The notes beneath the pieces were generated by a model that worked only from the letters and a program-made list of their open reading frames with translations, was not told where the DNA came from and made no database searches. Positions 1 through 21,068 of a stretch of 64,000 bases of DNA are shown in pieces. The stretch lies in assembly GCF_009914755.1 (NCBI RefSeq), contig NC_060937.1; one strand, given 5' to 3'. Every line of letters begins with the position of its first letter. Within the stretch, counting starts at the first letter, position 1. The position numbers and the translations under genes are program-made. Source of the DNA: the human T2T-CHM13v2.0 reference genome, Homo sapiens.

Positions 1-910
1 GTTATGTTGATAGGGGAAGCTTGATAATTGGTTGTGTTTAGTAGATATTTGGAGATGAGGAACATAAAAAATGCAAAATCAGTACTTTTCTGTAATGTCA
101 ACATATGTATACTAACGGAAAGCAGTGCTGCTTTTACGTAATACCAGAATGGTTCTTGTTTTGCTTAACGATTTAGCTTAGAGTTGAACATTTCTTTACT
201 TAAAAACAGCAACTAGTGATGCTGCTATGTGCTAGACAGTAAGATGAAGATAACCTGATGATTTTTAATTGGCCTTGACTAAATAAGTACTTTTATTATA
301 CAGTAGGAACATATGTAAATGCTTTTAGATCCATTTACAAAGTATTTTGACAGTTAAAAATACTTTGCATATTTATGGCATATTTCTTTAGTGCATCCTT
401 TCTAATATCTGTTCCCTCCCACCTATCCTTTTAAATTGTTGGGAGGAAGATATAAAGTGGTCCCTACTTTTCCATGGGCTGGGCTTTTGTATCTCATGTG
501 GTGAGACAATCCTGAATCACTCAAGTATGACATATATGCTGACATATGAACATTTTTAACTTCTGTGTGGATATAGAGCTTATATTATCTTTGAACAACA
601 GTTTTTATTTTTTCAGTTTTATTGTATTTTGCCCTTGTTTGAGGTACAGAAGTGTACAAATTTAATATTAATGCATTTGAGACAAAGTGAATCTTTACCT
701 TCAGTCAGATGCTCTGGTATTAATGTGATGGGAAGAATGGGTATGAAATGCTGAAACCCTGGTGTCAAAAGGCATGGTATAATTAGAATTGTTATATTTC
801 CTGTCTCTCTAGCATTAATATGTCTCTATACCATTTGACAATATTATTAATATATATCATAATAAATGTCGTTGATTATGAGAAGACTGGGCTATTCAAA
901 TTGCATGGGA

Positions 911-1551
<641 letters not shown>

Positions 1552-2510
1552 TGCATGTGATTTTTTTAGCGAATGCAAGGAGAGCCCAAACTCAAGTGTT
1601 TTCTCTCATTGGATTCACAAATAGTATTTTATGTAGGGCATTTCAATTTAGGGAAGAAATAAATTGCTTTGACTCCCTGCGTTTTGCTCCTTTAAAAACA
1701 CTTCAGTTGGTTAATTTTCTTATATTCCTGTCAAAGCATAGAAGTGAACAGGACTTTTGAAGTATTCAGATCAAAAAGTTCTAATGCAGGTCTCCAATAT
1801 ATAACACTTACAGAGTTGTCAATGAGAAAAATTGCTGTTGGATAAATCCATGAATTTGAGTGCAGCAATCTGAGTAACAGTTGCAGCTTATTTTCATATT
1901 TTATTTTGGTTGTATACCAGCAAGAATTTTTTTTTTTATGTAGTTGGAGTTGCACATTTTTATATTTACAACCTGGTTTTTTAAACAAATCACTTCGTAG
2001 TCTTTGATGTCTCTTACTAAAATAGACATATGAAAAGGGTCTTTATGGTCATCACCAAATGCTTGGCAACAAGATGAGTTGGTCATTTTAAAATGTGTTA
2101 AAATTTGGATTATAACACATTTGAACATATCTGTTGTTTTTGTGCATATTTAAGATATATTAATTTTTTTTGGATCAAGCTTTACACAATACTTGAAGCA
2201 CTTCTGTGGAGCTGCAGAATGAATTTTCGTAAACATTTTTTAAACTCTTTTTAAGAGTTTAAAAAGATGTGCAGAGAGGTTAGCAAAATCACTTGATTAG
2301 TATGACTTTGGGATTTGTTCTTAGTCCTGTTTTATTTTTAACTTTATAACAGTCCATTGAAAATTAGAAGTAATAAATTTTAAGAAAAATCAATGCTCTT
2401 TAATTTGAAAGAAGGGTATAGCTGTTGGGTTTTAGTTTTACTGATTTGATTAATGTTCTGTAAATATTCATGTTTGCTATTTCAAGAAATGACATAAGAG
2501 TAAACTGGTT

Positions 2511-2818
<308 letters not shown>

Positions 2819-2853
2819 TCACAGAAATAGATAATGCATGTTTAATAGGTCGG

Positions 2854-2978
2854 TTTTTTGTAGAGACAGGGACCCACTTTGTTGTCCACACTGCTCTCAA
2901 ACTGCTGGACTCAAGCGATCTTCCCACCTTGGCCTCCCAAAGTGTTGGGATTTCAGGCGTGAGCCACCATGCCCAGCC
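2854..2978 (-). mobile_element. Alu left monomer / FLAM
   Basis: tttgtagagacaggg...ctcccaaagtgttggga...gcccagcc. Confidence 0.85.
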
Positions 2979-3407
2979 AGTAGGTTGGGTTTTTAAAAAC
3001 TTTTGCACGTTTATGTTTTATTAGTATAAGTTATCATCTTGTTTTTGTTTATTCTTAATTTAGACCGTTCTCTTTAATGTCAGTAGGCTGCCAAGGATTA
3101 GGTTTTTCTCTCTTTTTCAGAGGGTTCCAGATTTTTTTTTTTCTCTCTAAGTGTTCCTAGTGAATTTCAAGGTCAGATTAGTTTTTGTGAATTTATAAGT
3201 TAGTCTAAAGAGTTTTTAAAAATTTATCCATAAAAATGTTTTTTTATATTACAAGTTAATGTTAAATTGTAATCAGGATAAATTTGCTAGGAATATAACT
3301 AATTGTTGCAACTTCATATGCAAATGTTGGGAAAGATCTGTTAAAACTCTTGCATTAAACTTATTTGTCTCTAACCATGCATTTAGGTTGGATAAGAAAA
3401 ATACTTA

Positions 3408-3510
3408 AGTTAGTGGGTGCAGCGCACCAGCATGGCACATGTATACATATGTAACTAACCTGCACAATGTGCACATGTACCCTAAAACTTAAAGTATAAT
3501 AAAAAAAAAA
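3408..3510 (+). mobile_element. Severely 5'-truncated young L1 3' end (L1PA2-like) with 14-bp TSD
   Basis: agttagtgggtgcagcgcaccagcatggcacatgtatacatatgtaactaacctgcacaatgtgcacatgtaccctaaaacttaaagtataataaaa. Direct repeat AAGAAAAATACTTA at 3394-3407 and 3511-3524. Confidence 0.93.
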
Positions 3511-4184
3511 AAGAAAAATACTTACATAGCTATTCTAAGTAACATTGGGATGCACAGTTAGAAGTTGCAGACAGAATAATGTTTGTAAAATGTGACTATA
3601 ATACAGTGAGACAAATTCTTTTTACTTTATAGCCATACATGTGTATATTACTCTCTGCCGTAGTCACCTGGATACCATCTCTGGACTTACTAGTGTAAGA
3701 ATTGACAACTAAATTTTTGGGTTTTGTTACTTAACATTAAAAAATGACTTCTCTTCTAATACTGGAACAGTTTTATAATCATTCATTTCAAAGAGGTATG
3801 TCTTTTTCCTAGGAAGAATAGTGTTTCTTGGAATATCAAGTTGGACTAGACAGAGTGTTCAGGGTAATAATCAGGGGACTGATTTAACAAATTGGATATT
3901 ACAACACCTGTTATATATTAGATAGTCATAAAATATGTGTTCTGTTAATTATGGGCTAGCAGTTTCTTTGGCTCTGCTTGGAAGAGCATTTCATCTAGAC
4001 TTAGTGAATTGTGTTTCTAGTTCTATAGAACTAAGGAAAGGTTTGGGTGGAAGTGAAAATATAAGTTAAATGAAAATTTTATTTTATCCTCCTGTTTAGA
4101 TTTGTACTTTTTTTCGTTCCAGGCTTGTCATATCTTATTTTAATCATTTTAATTATTTCTGGCCCTGATATGGTATCTGAATTC

Positions 4185-5153
<969 letters not shown>

Positions 5154-5839
5154 TGCTTGTTTTTTTACCTAAAGAAAAATTTGCACTTGTTTTAATTAGT
5201 TATAGGAAAATCATGATTATAAAATTTAACAAGTTTTAGCTTTATAACTTTACTATGAATATTGTCTCACTTTATTTTGATTTTTGTCTGTCTTATTATT
5301 GTATAGTCCTGTTTCTTAGCCAAATAAGTGTTAACTCCTGCCTAGGAAGTCATTCCATCCTATGTCTCTGTACGGTTTTACATTGCTTATGGAAGAGAAG
5401 CTTCTGTTCCAGTTAGTCTCTCTTCCATGACACAGACTCCTGACTTCTGTTATTTCATGTTTTCTTTATTTGTATATCACATTTTCCTTTTTCAAGGACC
5501 TTACTCTTCTGTTTTCATTCAGTCTTCCTCCTGGACTTACCTGTTCATTTGTCTTTCCTTTTCCTAACTCCTTTTGCTTTTTTTAAAAAAAGAGCACAGT
5601 ATCTGTAATAGCATCCTATATAAAAGTCTGATTATACTGTCCTTTTAGGGGGTATGTTTCCAAATTACAGTAAACTCGTGAATTTGGTGAGATCATGATA
5701 TGTGAGTATGGTTCTAGAGATATATGAGGGCCTCACATGGAAAGGGAACTAGTGAGTACTAAGAGAAGATTGGAAGGGTAACGACTTAATTTTGCAGATT
5801 TTCTGCCAAAAAAAGCCATTTTTCTCATTGTAGCATGAC

Positions 5840-6220
5840 ATGAGTTGGAGTCATACAGATTCAGGCTTAAATCTGCCCTGCTCATGAAGGGAGTTTTGGG
5901 GTGATAGAGTGTTATATAAAACTGGATTGTGGTGATTGTTGCAGAAGTATATACATTTAATACATTTATCAAATCTTTCACTTAAAATAAGTAAATTTTA
6001 CTACACGTACATTATGCTTTAATATAACTATTAAAAACAATTTTGCTCCAGTATTTACCAGTTTGCGATATCAGGCAAGTCATGTAACATCTGAGCTGTA
6101 GTTCAGTCAGTTAACAAATGAGTATGGTAATGCCTGGTTTCCTGAGATTGTTGAGGTGAGGACTAAAAATAATACAGGGTATGCAGCTGGCCAATAGTAG
6201 GTGCTCAGTTAATAGCAGCT
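5840..6220 (+). mobile_element. Degenerate MIR, apparently interrupted by an old L1M 3'-end fragment (about 5890-6025)
   Basis: MIR-like ggagtcatacaga...ggcaagtcatgtaac...aatagtaggtgctcag. L1M-like tggattgtggtgattgttgcag...cacttaaaat. Confidence 0.5.
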
Positions 6221-6665
6221 GCAATTCTTAAACTGTCTGTTTATATGGACCAAACATAATGAATTTGCTGCCACCACCTGGTATGGTAAACTTAGTGTGT
6301 GCTTATCTGGTAATGACTAGAAGAATTTCTATGTTTCTCTTCACCGACTTCCCTCTTCTGGCTTTTTCATTAGTCTGCAGTGCTTTATCCTCCATCGAGA
6401 TAAAAATGCTTTATCCTCCAGAATCTCTGCATCTTTTTCTAACGATTTCTTCTTTTCCCTATACTTTTAGAAAGAAATCCACTGTCTGATCTGCACTGTC
6501 AACACTATAACAAATCTCTTCTGAGGTCGCTAGTGACCTAATTGCCAAATCTTTTAACTGCTTCTTTTTGTCTTAATTCTGTAACATTTAAAATTTTTGC
6601 TTCTGGGGCTTAATGTGGTCTCATAGTTATGACCACCTCCTTCACTTCCCCTCGCTAGACTTTCC

Positions 6666-6974
<309 letters not shown>

Positions 6975-7744
6975 TCCCCTCACTAGACTAATGTTGAGAC
7001 CTTTAAGTGTCCTTTACTGTCATCTTTAGCTCTTACTATGCTTTTAACTTTCACCTTAGTCTGTTAGAAAACGGAATTATTTACAAGGCAGTTTCTTCCT
7101 ATTCTTGACTCCATTGTAGCCAGATTAATTTTTCCTAAAGCTCAGTCTGATGACATTGCTCATTTTGCAAAAACTTGAGAAATTTCTGTTGGCATGTGAA
7201 ACAAAATAAAAATTAAGCCTGGACTTAAAAACCCTTTTAAAAAGAAAAAATCAAGTAGGAAGTGTGTTATGTGTGTTTTTCATGTAAGTTCTCACTGTTC
7301 AGTTCAGAGAGGTAGTCATATAAATGAGTAAATATAAACAAAGTGTAATAGGTAATAAACAGAAATGAATAATTATATGCATATCACAAAGGACACTTCT
7401 TAAAGAATATTTTGGTTATAAAAACAAAACATTCCCTTAATATCTTTATGCAGTAAGAAATATATGTGACATAGAAAATGAGAGTTCCTGCATAATTCCA
7501 TTCCCCTTGAGACCCAGTGTTTAAACTTTAAAATGTATTCTTATGATTTTTCCACCTGGTCATCACACTAATAATTTGCATATATACTGTTACTATCAAC
7601 AATGGACGTATTCATCGCAGTCTGACATCCTTATTTTCCGTTCCCTATCCTTATGTTGCAGAAGTCTTTAGCTGATTGTTTGAATTCTAGTGATCAGTTT
7701 ATTAGGCCAGTTCACTAGTCTTAGTTCTAGCTGATGGGAAGATA

Positions 7745-7950
7745 ATGTGGTATAATGAAAGGTATGTGGACTTTTTAGGTACAAACTTTGCATGTGCCAC
7801 CTACAGCTGTGTGCCGTAGGAGATTTACTTGATTGTACAGAGTAATTTACTCAACTGCAAAGTGGGGTCGTAATATAGTATAAGGTCTTTTCAAGGAACT
7901 TGTGATGAGAGTGCTGTCAAGCATGTTTTTCATAATTGGTAGTTATTGTG
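7745..7950 (+). mobile_element. Degenerate MIR
   Basis: gtggtataatgaaagg...tgccacctacagctgtgtg...ctgcaaagtgggg...taatatagta resembles the MIR core. Confidence 0.5.
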
Positions 7951-9071
7951 TTAGATGTATGATGAAATTCAGAGGCAAAAGTATAACTCAAGATATGAAG
8001 GAAGGGATTGAATAAAAGAGATCAGCAAAATAAGACTTACTGAGGACTGCTTTCTTTAGTTAAGATTTATTGAGGGTTGCCTTCTTTGCTTCAGGCTCAC
8101 TTTATTTACTAGATAATTTAAAAAATAAAAAGCTATTGAATTGTAAGTGATAAGATTTTTTATTTTCTGAAATTTGTCTAATAAGGAAATTCTGATACTC
8201 TATGCTCTGTATTCCTTTGACTTTTTTTTTTTCTTTTTTAAAGCAATCTGAAACATTTGAACATCTCAAGAAAAAAATGCTGGTTAAAAAAGAGTTTTGA
8301 GTCTTATGAAACAGAGGCAAGAGATTTTTACTTAGTAATAGTCTGTATTAGAGAAATAGATTCTTAGTACCTGAAGTCTACCTTATTGGATCTGTGGTCT
8401 CATTTGCTTATTGATGCAAGTATTGTTGTTTCTTTAGGTTAGATGAGGTCTTAATCATGGAACATTTGAAGTCACGTAAAGAAGGTAATGTTTTTTTAAA
8501 AGCCCTCTACTCCATCTGTTTAAACATTATGGAAAATTTGTTATCAAAAACAGTCATTACACTAGATCATAGATTTGGAACACCAACAAGTGGTCATAAG
8601 AATAAATGAATGTTTGATGATTTGTTTCCAAATTAACGTGTGTAGTTGAAGTTTATTTATGCTGTTGTAGTTTTTAAACTATGTTTGGAGAAGGAAGTAT
8701 GGGTTTATTTACCTTCTTTGGTAAAGGGGATCACAGGGATAGGGTATGATAACCTTTCATTAGGGACTAAAATCAGGTCATGTTACTAACTGTAATTACG
8801 CAGATGAATATAGAAGTAAAAAAAATTAGGACCAAAGACAAAGGATAGAGATAAATTATATTTTAGCTTGTTTCATCTTTTGAGGAAGTTATTCTAATTT
8901 TCCATTTTTAACAGGGAAATGGGCTTGGGGGTGAAGTGATTGTCCTATGCACACAAGAAGAGAGAGAGCCAGAATTCAGTATGGGTCAGGGAGGAGTGAA
9001 AAAACCCCAATCCAAAAAAAAAAAAAAAAAAAAAGGGCATCCTCTCAGAAAGGTTATTTGTTAAAGAAAAA

Positions 9072-10400
<1,329 letters not shown>

Positions 10401-11145
10401 GAAAGTTAAAATTACTTGAAAGTACCTTGTAGTTAAATTTTGGTCCTATAGGAGAGAAGAAATTATTTCTTACCTCTAGAAATTCTACACCCTAGAGATC
10501 CCTGAATGAAATAATTGATTTATTCATGTATTTATTAGATCAAAGGGATTTTTGTTTAGACTCTGTCATAACCCTTGAATGGATTTTTAGTAGCTGAGTA
10601 CATGAATTAAATGGTTCCTATCATTTTCTAAAGCCAGACTACCTTTGTTTTAGGTATCTAATAGAGATATGTTCAACAGATTTGTGGCTAAATTGTAAGC
10701 AATGTGAATACATAATTTATGTTATCTGTCTTTGGTTTTCTGGTCCCTGTCTCCATTCTGCAAAGGTTAAGAATATCACTTTAGTATGTATTACATTTAC
10801 CCTTAAGAATTATCTAGTAATCTTGTGTATGCCTTTTAAAAACATGTATAGTATAAATATCTTTTTGCAATTTTTTTTTTCACTTAGTGGTATGTCTTAG
10901 CTGTCTTTAAGAGTTAATACAGAAAGATCTCCATTTTAACTGTCGTGAAGTATTTAATGGCATGGATATAATACAGCTTAGACATTCTTTTGATGGACAG
11001 TCTGTTTCCAATTTTTTGCTATTGTAGATAATGCTGCAAGGAATATACTTGCATTTTCTTCAGATTTATGAGTGTTTTCTATAGGGAAGATTCTGAGAAT
11101 AGGAATTCCTGAGTCAGAGTATATGCATATTATATATTTTAATAG

Positions 11146-11677
<532 letters not shown>

Positions 11678-11773
11678 TAAATTTTTTCATGTAATGGAGA
11701 AATCCATTTTATTCTTGTAAGAAATAGGAATAACTATAACAGGAAGTATGCAAGACTTTAATGAAGGAAACTA

Positions 11774-12371
<598 letters not shown>

Positions 12372-12882
12372 CCATAGGGCATATAAGAAAACTTTAAATG
12401 AAAAGATGTGCCAGTGTCTGAATGGGAAGACTTCCATAATGTAAAAATGTTTAGTTTGTCTCCAGATTAATCTCTTAAATTCAGTGAAACCCTAATCAAA
12501 TCCCAGTATATTTGCATATGATACCAACTTTAAAAGGTAGAAGAGGGTAAACAGTGAGAAGGAAAACTCACTCTTCTTCCTCTGATTCATCTACACAATT
12601 CTCTTCCCTAGAGGCAAACCACTGTTGTCATTTTCTTGGGCGTTTATCGAGAGATACTGTGTGTGGTGCGTTTATGCATTGTTTTATACCTTGCTGTTTA
12701 CACTTAATTTATATTTGTGGTTGATCCTTATTAGCATGTAAGTCCATTTAGAGTTGCTTCATTGTTTTGAAGTGCTGCATGGTGTTTTGTTGTATGTCTT
12801 TGTCATCATTAATTTTATCCATTGTGTGTTGAGACATTTGGATTGTTTAAATCTTTTGATTTTACCATGAATATCCTTCTAC

Positions 12883-13173
12883 TTTTTTTTTTTTTTTGAG
12901 ACAGACTCTTGCTCTGTTGCCCAGGCTGGAGTGCAGTGGTGTGATCTCGGCTCTCTGCAGTCTCTTCCGGGTTCAAGCAATTCTCCTGCCTCAGCCTCCT
13001 GAGTAGCTAGGATTACAGGCACCCGCCACCACACCCGGCTGATTTTTGTATTTTTAGTAGAGATGGGGTTTCACCATGTGGGCCAGGCTGATCTCTAACT
13101 CCTGACCTCGTGATCCACCCACCTCAGCCTCCCGAAGTGCTGGGATTACAGGCGTGAGCCACTGTGCCTGGCC
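12883..13173 (-). mobile_element. Alu
   Basis: Reverse Alu consensus match. Confidence 0.92.
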
Positions 13174-14265
13174 TGTTCTTTAAAATATGAGATAATATAT
13201 CTGTTGGATGGATGCCTAAAAGTGGAATTGCTTGGTCAAAGAAATGTTTTTTTAGTTGCCCTCTATAGAGACTGTACCAATTAACAGAATAGGAGTCTTG
13301 CTGCATGGGATATTGTTAAGACTTGGTGGGCCTTTGTTAATATAAGAGAAAATTGGTGGCCTTTCAGAATTTAAGTAGTATTTTTGTAGATACATATTTA
13401 AGAGTGATTTTTGTGTGTGAACTGTTTATTTTTTGTCATTTATTCTATTTGATTGTGGTTTATCTCATTGATTGTAGGAGCTCTTTGCCTTCATTTTATT
13501 ACGATATGACAAAAATTTTCTTTTCATAGGATATCATTGTTTTTGGTATTTTTTTCCCCCATATGGTGTCTTCTTTTCTTAAAAAAAAAAAAAAAGTATA
13601 GTAACATAAGACCATTTTTTACCATTTTTAAGGGTACACAATTTTGTGACATTAAGTACATTCACAGTTTCTTGTAAAAATCAACATTATCCATTGCCAG
13701 AATGTTTTCATCATCCCAAATAGAAACCATACTCATTAGCATTCCTTGTCTCCCCTTCCTCAAGCCCCTGGTAACTTCTGTTCTACCTTCTGTATCGAAC
13801 TACCTCATGAATGGAATCACAATATTTGTCCTTTTGTGTCTGGCCTACTTCACTTAGCATAATGTTTTCAAAGTTCATCTATGTTGTAGTATGTATCAGA
13901 GTTTTATTCATTGTTAAAGCTGTATAATATTCCCCTGTGTATGTTTACCAACATTTTATTTAGCCGTTCACTCTGTTGGACACTTAGGTTGTTTTCACCT
14001 TTTGGCCGTTGTGAAAATGCTTCTGTGATCATTGTTGTACAGGTATCTATTTGAGTCATTGCTTTCAGTTATTTTGGGTTTATATCTCACAATGAAATTG
14101 ATGGGTCATAGATTAATATCCACATGTGACTTTGGGGAACCATTAAACTGTTTTCCACAGTGTGGTACCATTTTACATTTTTACCAGCAATACAGAAGAG
14201 TTCCAATTTCTGAAAGTCTTTATCAGCACTTTTCTTTTTTTAAAATTTTTCCTCCATTTTTAAAA

Positions 14266-14316
14266 TGTATGTATGTATGTATGTATGTATGTATGTATGT
14301 ATGTATGTATGTATGT
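14266..14316. repeat. (TGTA)n tetranucleotide microsatellite at the tail of an antisense FLAM (14316-14435)
   Basis: About 12 perfect TGTA units. Confidence 0.95.
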
Positions 14317-14462
14317 AGAGCTGGAGTCTTGCTATGTTGCCCAGCCTGGTCTTGAACTCCTGGCCTCAATTGATTCTTTCACCTTGGCCTTCCAAAGCAT
14401 TGGGATTACAGGTGTGAGCACCACCACGCCTGACCTCCTTTTTTAGAAAAACAGCAATCCTA

Positions 14463-14815
<353 letters not shown>

Positions 14816-15612
14816 TTATTTTAAATTGTAAAAAAACAACATAAAATTTACTATTTTTACGACTTTTAAGTGTTCAGCTCAATATTAGTCGGTATATTCA
14901 CATTGTCACACAGGAGATCTCCAGACCTTTTTTATTTTATAAAACCAGAACTCTACGTATTAAACAACAGTTCCCCAATTATCTCTTCCTCCGGCCCCTG
15001 GTAACCACCATTTTACTTTCTGTTTATGAATTTGACTACTTTAGATACTTCACATAAGTGGAATCCTGCAGTATTTGTCTTTTTGTGACTGGCTGTTTTC
15101 AGGTAGCATGATGTCCTCATGGTTCTACGTTATAGCGTGTGTCAGAATTTTCTTCCTTTTAGAAGTCTATTGTATGTATATGTCTTTTAGGTCTGAGTAG
15201 TTTATAGTGTTGTTTAAGCCCCTTCCATTTCCTTACTGATTTTCCGTTTGGTCGTTCTATCCATTTTTGGAAGGGTATAATGAAGTCTTCAGCTATTATC
15301 ATAGAGTTTTGTGTCTATCTCTCCTTTTAATTCTGGTAATTTTTGCTTTAATATATTTTGATGCTTAGTTGTTAAGTATCTGTATGTTTAGAACTGCTGT
15401 ATCTTCTTGCTAGAACGAACCTTTCATCAATATATAATGTCCTTTGTCTCTTATAACCTTTTTTGATTTAAAGTTAATTTCTGATTAGTATAGCCACTCC
15501 AATTCTCATTTGGTTAATATTTGCATATATTAGGTTTTCTATCCTAACAGAAAATAGTACTCAGCTATTCTGTATCTTTGTATCTGAAGTGAATCTTTTT
15601 CTTTTTCTTTAA

Positions 15613-17128
<1,516 letters not shown>

Positions 17129-18866
17129 TAAAATTACTGTTTTGTGCCTTTATCTTTTATATCATATAAAAAAATTAATTATAAACCTAAAGTACATTAC
17201 CGCTGACTTTTCTGTTTTATCTCTTTAGTTACCTTCACTCATATGCTTTATTTCTTCTTACCATGTTGAGTTACTCTTCAGTGTTTTATCATTTTTGCTG
17301 GAAGAACTCTCTTCAGCATTTCATGTCGGGCAGGTCTGCAGGAAATGAACTTCTTTCTGCTTTTGCTTATTTGGAAATATCTTAGTTTCACCTTATTTTT
17401 GGAGGGATGTTTTGCTGCGTATAGAATTCTTGGCTGACAGATTTTTTTCCCCCCTCTTTCTGTTAGCACTTTAAATATGTCATCCCACTGACTTCTGGCT
17501 TCTATAGTTTCTGATGAAAAAATGCTGATAATGATAATCTAAATAATCTAATGAGGATTCCTTGAACCAGATGAGTCTCTTCTTTTTTGCTGCTTTCAAA
17601 ATTTCTGCTCTCTTTGAGGTCCACAATGTGTCTTGACATGGATATCTTTGAGTTTATCCTGCTTTTGGAGTTTGTTGAGCTTCTTGGATATGTATATTTA
17701 TCATCATCATATTAGGGCAGTTTTCAGCCATTGTTTCTTCAAATGTTTTGTTAACTTTGGAAATCTGATTCCCCCAGTCTTTATAGATCGCAGATTTTTT
17801 ACTTGTTGAGGGATAGAGCTGTTCACGTGACTTTTTCTGCACTTTTTTTTTTTTTTTTTGCCCAGTTTATGTTTCTTGTTTGTAGGCACTGGAGTTTCTC
17901 TTCCATTATCTGTGTGGTGAGGTACTGACCTGACAAAAATTTCCTTAAATGTCTGCAGAGAAAAGAGAAAATGGTCATGTCTCAGTAAATCTGTGATAGA
18001 TGCTACAGGGAAAGCTGCTCCTGCCCAGAAGGCTGAAACCAAGGAAGTGTCTGCTCCAGACCAGCCCAAACACACAATCCCAAATTTTGGTAAAAGTTCC
18101 TATCAGCCCTGTGTACAGCCAGCTGTGCCAAGAACATAGTATGCTATTCCCAAAGCTGAGTTGGGATGAGGAATGAGGGATAGTGGCTGGTTTGTACTAT
18201 TCACTTATGAATGATCACCAGCGTCTCCCTGGATTGCTCCTGTATTTGTTTTAGGTGTACAGTCAGGTTCTAGAGATCCAAAGTAGTTGGTTTCAATCAT
18301 TTTTTCCCACTCAATGGTTGCTTGGGTGGAAGTACTTATACCTAGAACTTCTTGCCACACCATTTCGCCTAAAGTCTCTGTCTTCATCTGTATTTTTTCT
18401 TTTTTAAAAATTTGTTATTTCATCTGTTTTTTTTATGTCAGATTTACAAGGATCTTGTAACTTTAAAATTATAAAAATAAATGTTCGGTATTCTTGTAAT
18501 TTATTTTTACATTAAATTTTTTATTAAATAATTTTTAAATTTAAGACTTTATCTTGTATTAACGTTTATGTATGATGAGGGGTAGGTGGCTCCCCAAATT
18601 TTTATTTTTATGTTGGAATTTCTTTCGGTGTGAGACAAGAATTCAAAGTAATATTTCTCAGTTGCTTCCCAGTTGTTTTATACTACTTTTCTGAAAAATT
18701 TATATACCCTATTGAAATTTCATTGTATACTAAATTCCTTGATATATTGGGTCTGTTTCAGACTTTTTTTGTCTGTTTGGTCCGTCTTTTCTTATTCCCT
18801 ACCTCACTGTTTTATTTATTGTAGCTTCATAATATGCTAGTTTCTTCTGTTACTCATCTCTTTTTA

Positions 18867-19740
<874 letters not shown>

Positions 19741-20701
19741 CAAACCACATATTTGATGTGTTTTAATTAATTGCAGTGATTTTTATTCATGTTCAAATTG
19801 TCCTATCTTTGGCCAGTTGGAGCCTATTCATGTTGGCTCTGGAGTCCTTTTAACTCCATTAGTCTTCAGTAGCTTTCTTGCTATCTACTATAAGCAAGTG
19901 TTTTGGGCTAATCTTACACATTTCCTGCCTCTGACCTGCAATATACCATTTCTCCAAGGAGCCCTGGTTTCAGTAGGTGGGAAATGGTATTTTCATCTAT
20001 TGGATTTTAAGTTTCTGCACTCATATTTTTAACATGGAGAAGTACCTTTTTCCTCCTGTAAATACGAATTTTTTCCTAGCATTCCGTTCATTTTTGTGGA
20101 TATCTTTTCTTTTCTCTCTGAATATATTATTTTCTTAAAATGTTTTCTCCCCTTAGATAGTTACTGTTTCTACCAACTTGAGTTTTTCATCCCATTTGTT
20201 TTCATCATGAAGATATCTTTCATATCTTTACTCAGCTGTCAGGTAGTCCTTGGTTGTCTGTTCGTGGTTAAGAATGCATGTCTAAAAGCTGTGTGGACAC
20301 TCTAAGCCGTTGAGGGTCACAGTACACTGTCGATGTCACATTTCATTAAGGGATGATCTGGGTGGATGTTTGTTGGGAAATCTCCATTCTTGGGTATCTT
20401 TTTATGAAATCATGTTTCCAGAAAGAGCCTTCCAATTTCCTGAATGGGGAGATGTGTGACTTGCAGTTTTAGGTGGAGGTTAGGTCTCAGCACCAGTCCT
20501 GAGTATGTATCAGTTTATTTTATACCTCAGATTCAACTGAAATAAAGAGCTTGCACCTGAACTGTGCCTTAAATCTTCCTGTCCAAAGTCAATCTTTTAC
20601 TTTCTCCAAAGATTAAACTTGTGGATTTATTTGGATGGGAAAGGAAATGTAGGTTTCTAATTGCTTTTCAGTAGTTTTCACTGAGTTGTCTATTAGCTGT
20701 C

Positions 20702-20970
20702 TTTTTTTTTTTTTTTTTTTTTTTTGGAGACAGAGTCTCGCTCTGTCACTTAGACTGGAGTGCAGTGGCCTGATCTTGGCTCACTGCTACCTCCGCCTCC
20801 CAGGTTCAGGTGATTCTTATGCCTCAGCCTCCTGAGTAGCCGAGATTACAGGTGTGCGCCACCATGCCTGGCTAATTCTTGTATTTTTAGTAGAGATGGG
20901 GTTTCACCATCTTGGCCAGGCTGGTCTCGAACTCCTGACCTGAAGTGATCTACCTGCCTCGGCCTCCCAA
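20702..20970 (-). mobile_element. Alu lacking about 30 nt of its 5' end
   Basis: Reverse Alu stops at ggcctcccaaa; flanks attagctg on both sides. Confidence 0.88.
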
Positions 20971-21020
20971 ACATTAGCTGCCCTAAGTACGTCATCCCCT
21001 TTGGAGAAGAGATGCTGCTA

Positions 21021-21068
21021 TTAGGTTGGTGCAAAAGTAATTGCAGTTTTTGCCATTACTTTCAGTGG
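21021..21068. mobile_element. Half MADE1 (Hsmar1 mariner-derived MITE) terminal inverted repeat
   Basis: TA|ttaggttggtgcaaaagtaattgcagtttttgccattactttca matches the MADE1 left half; the second arm is absent. Confidence 0.88.
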
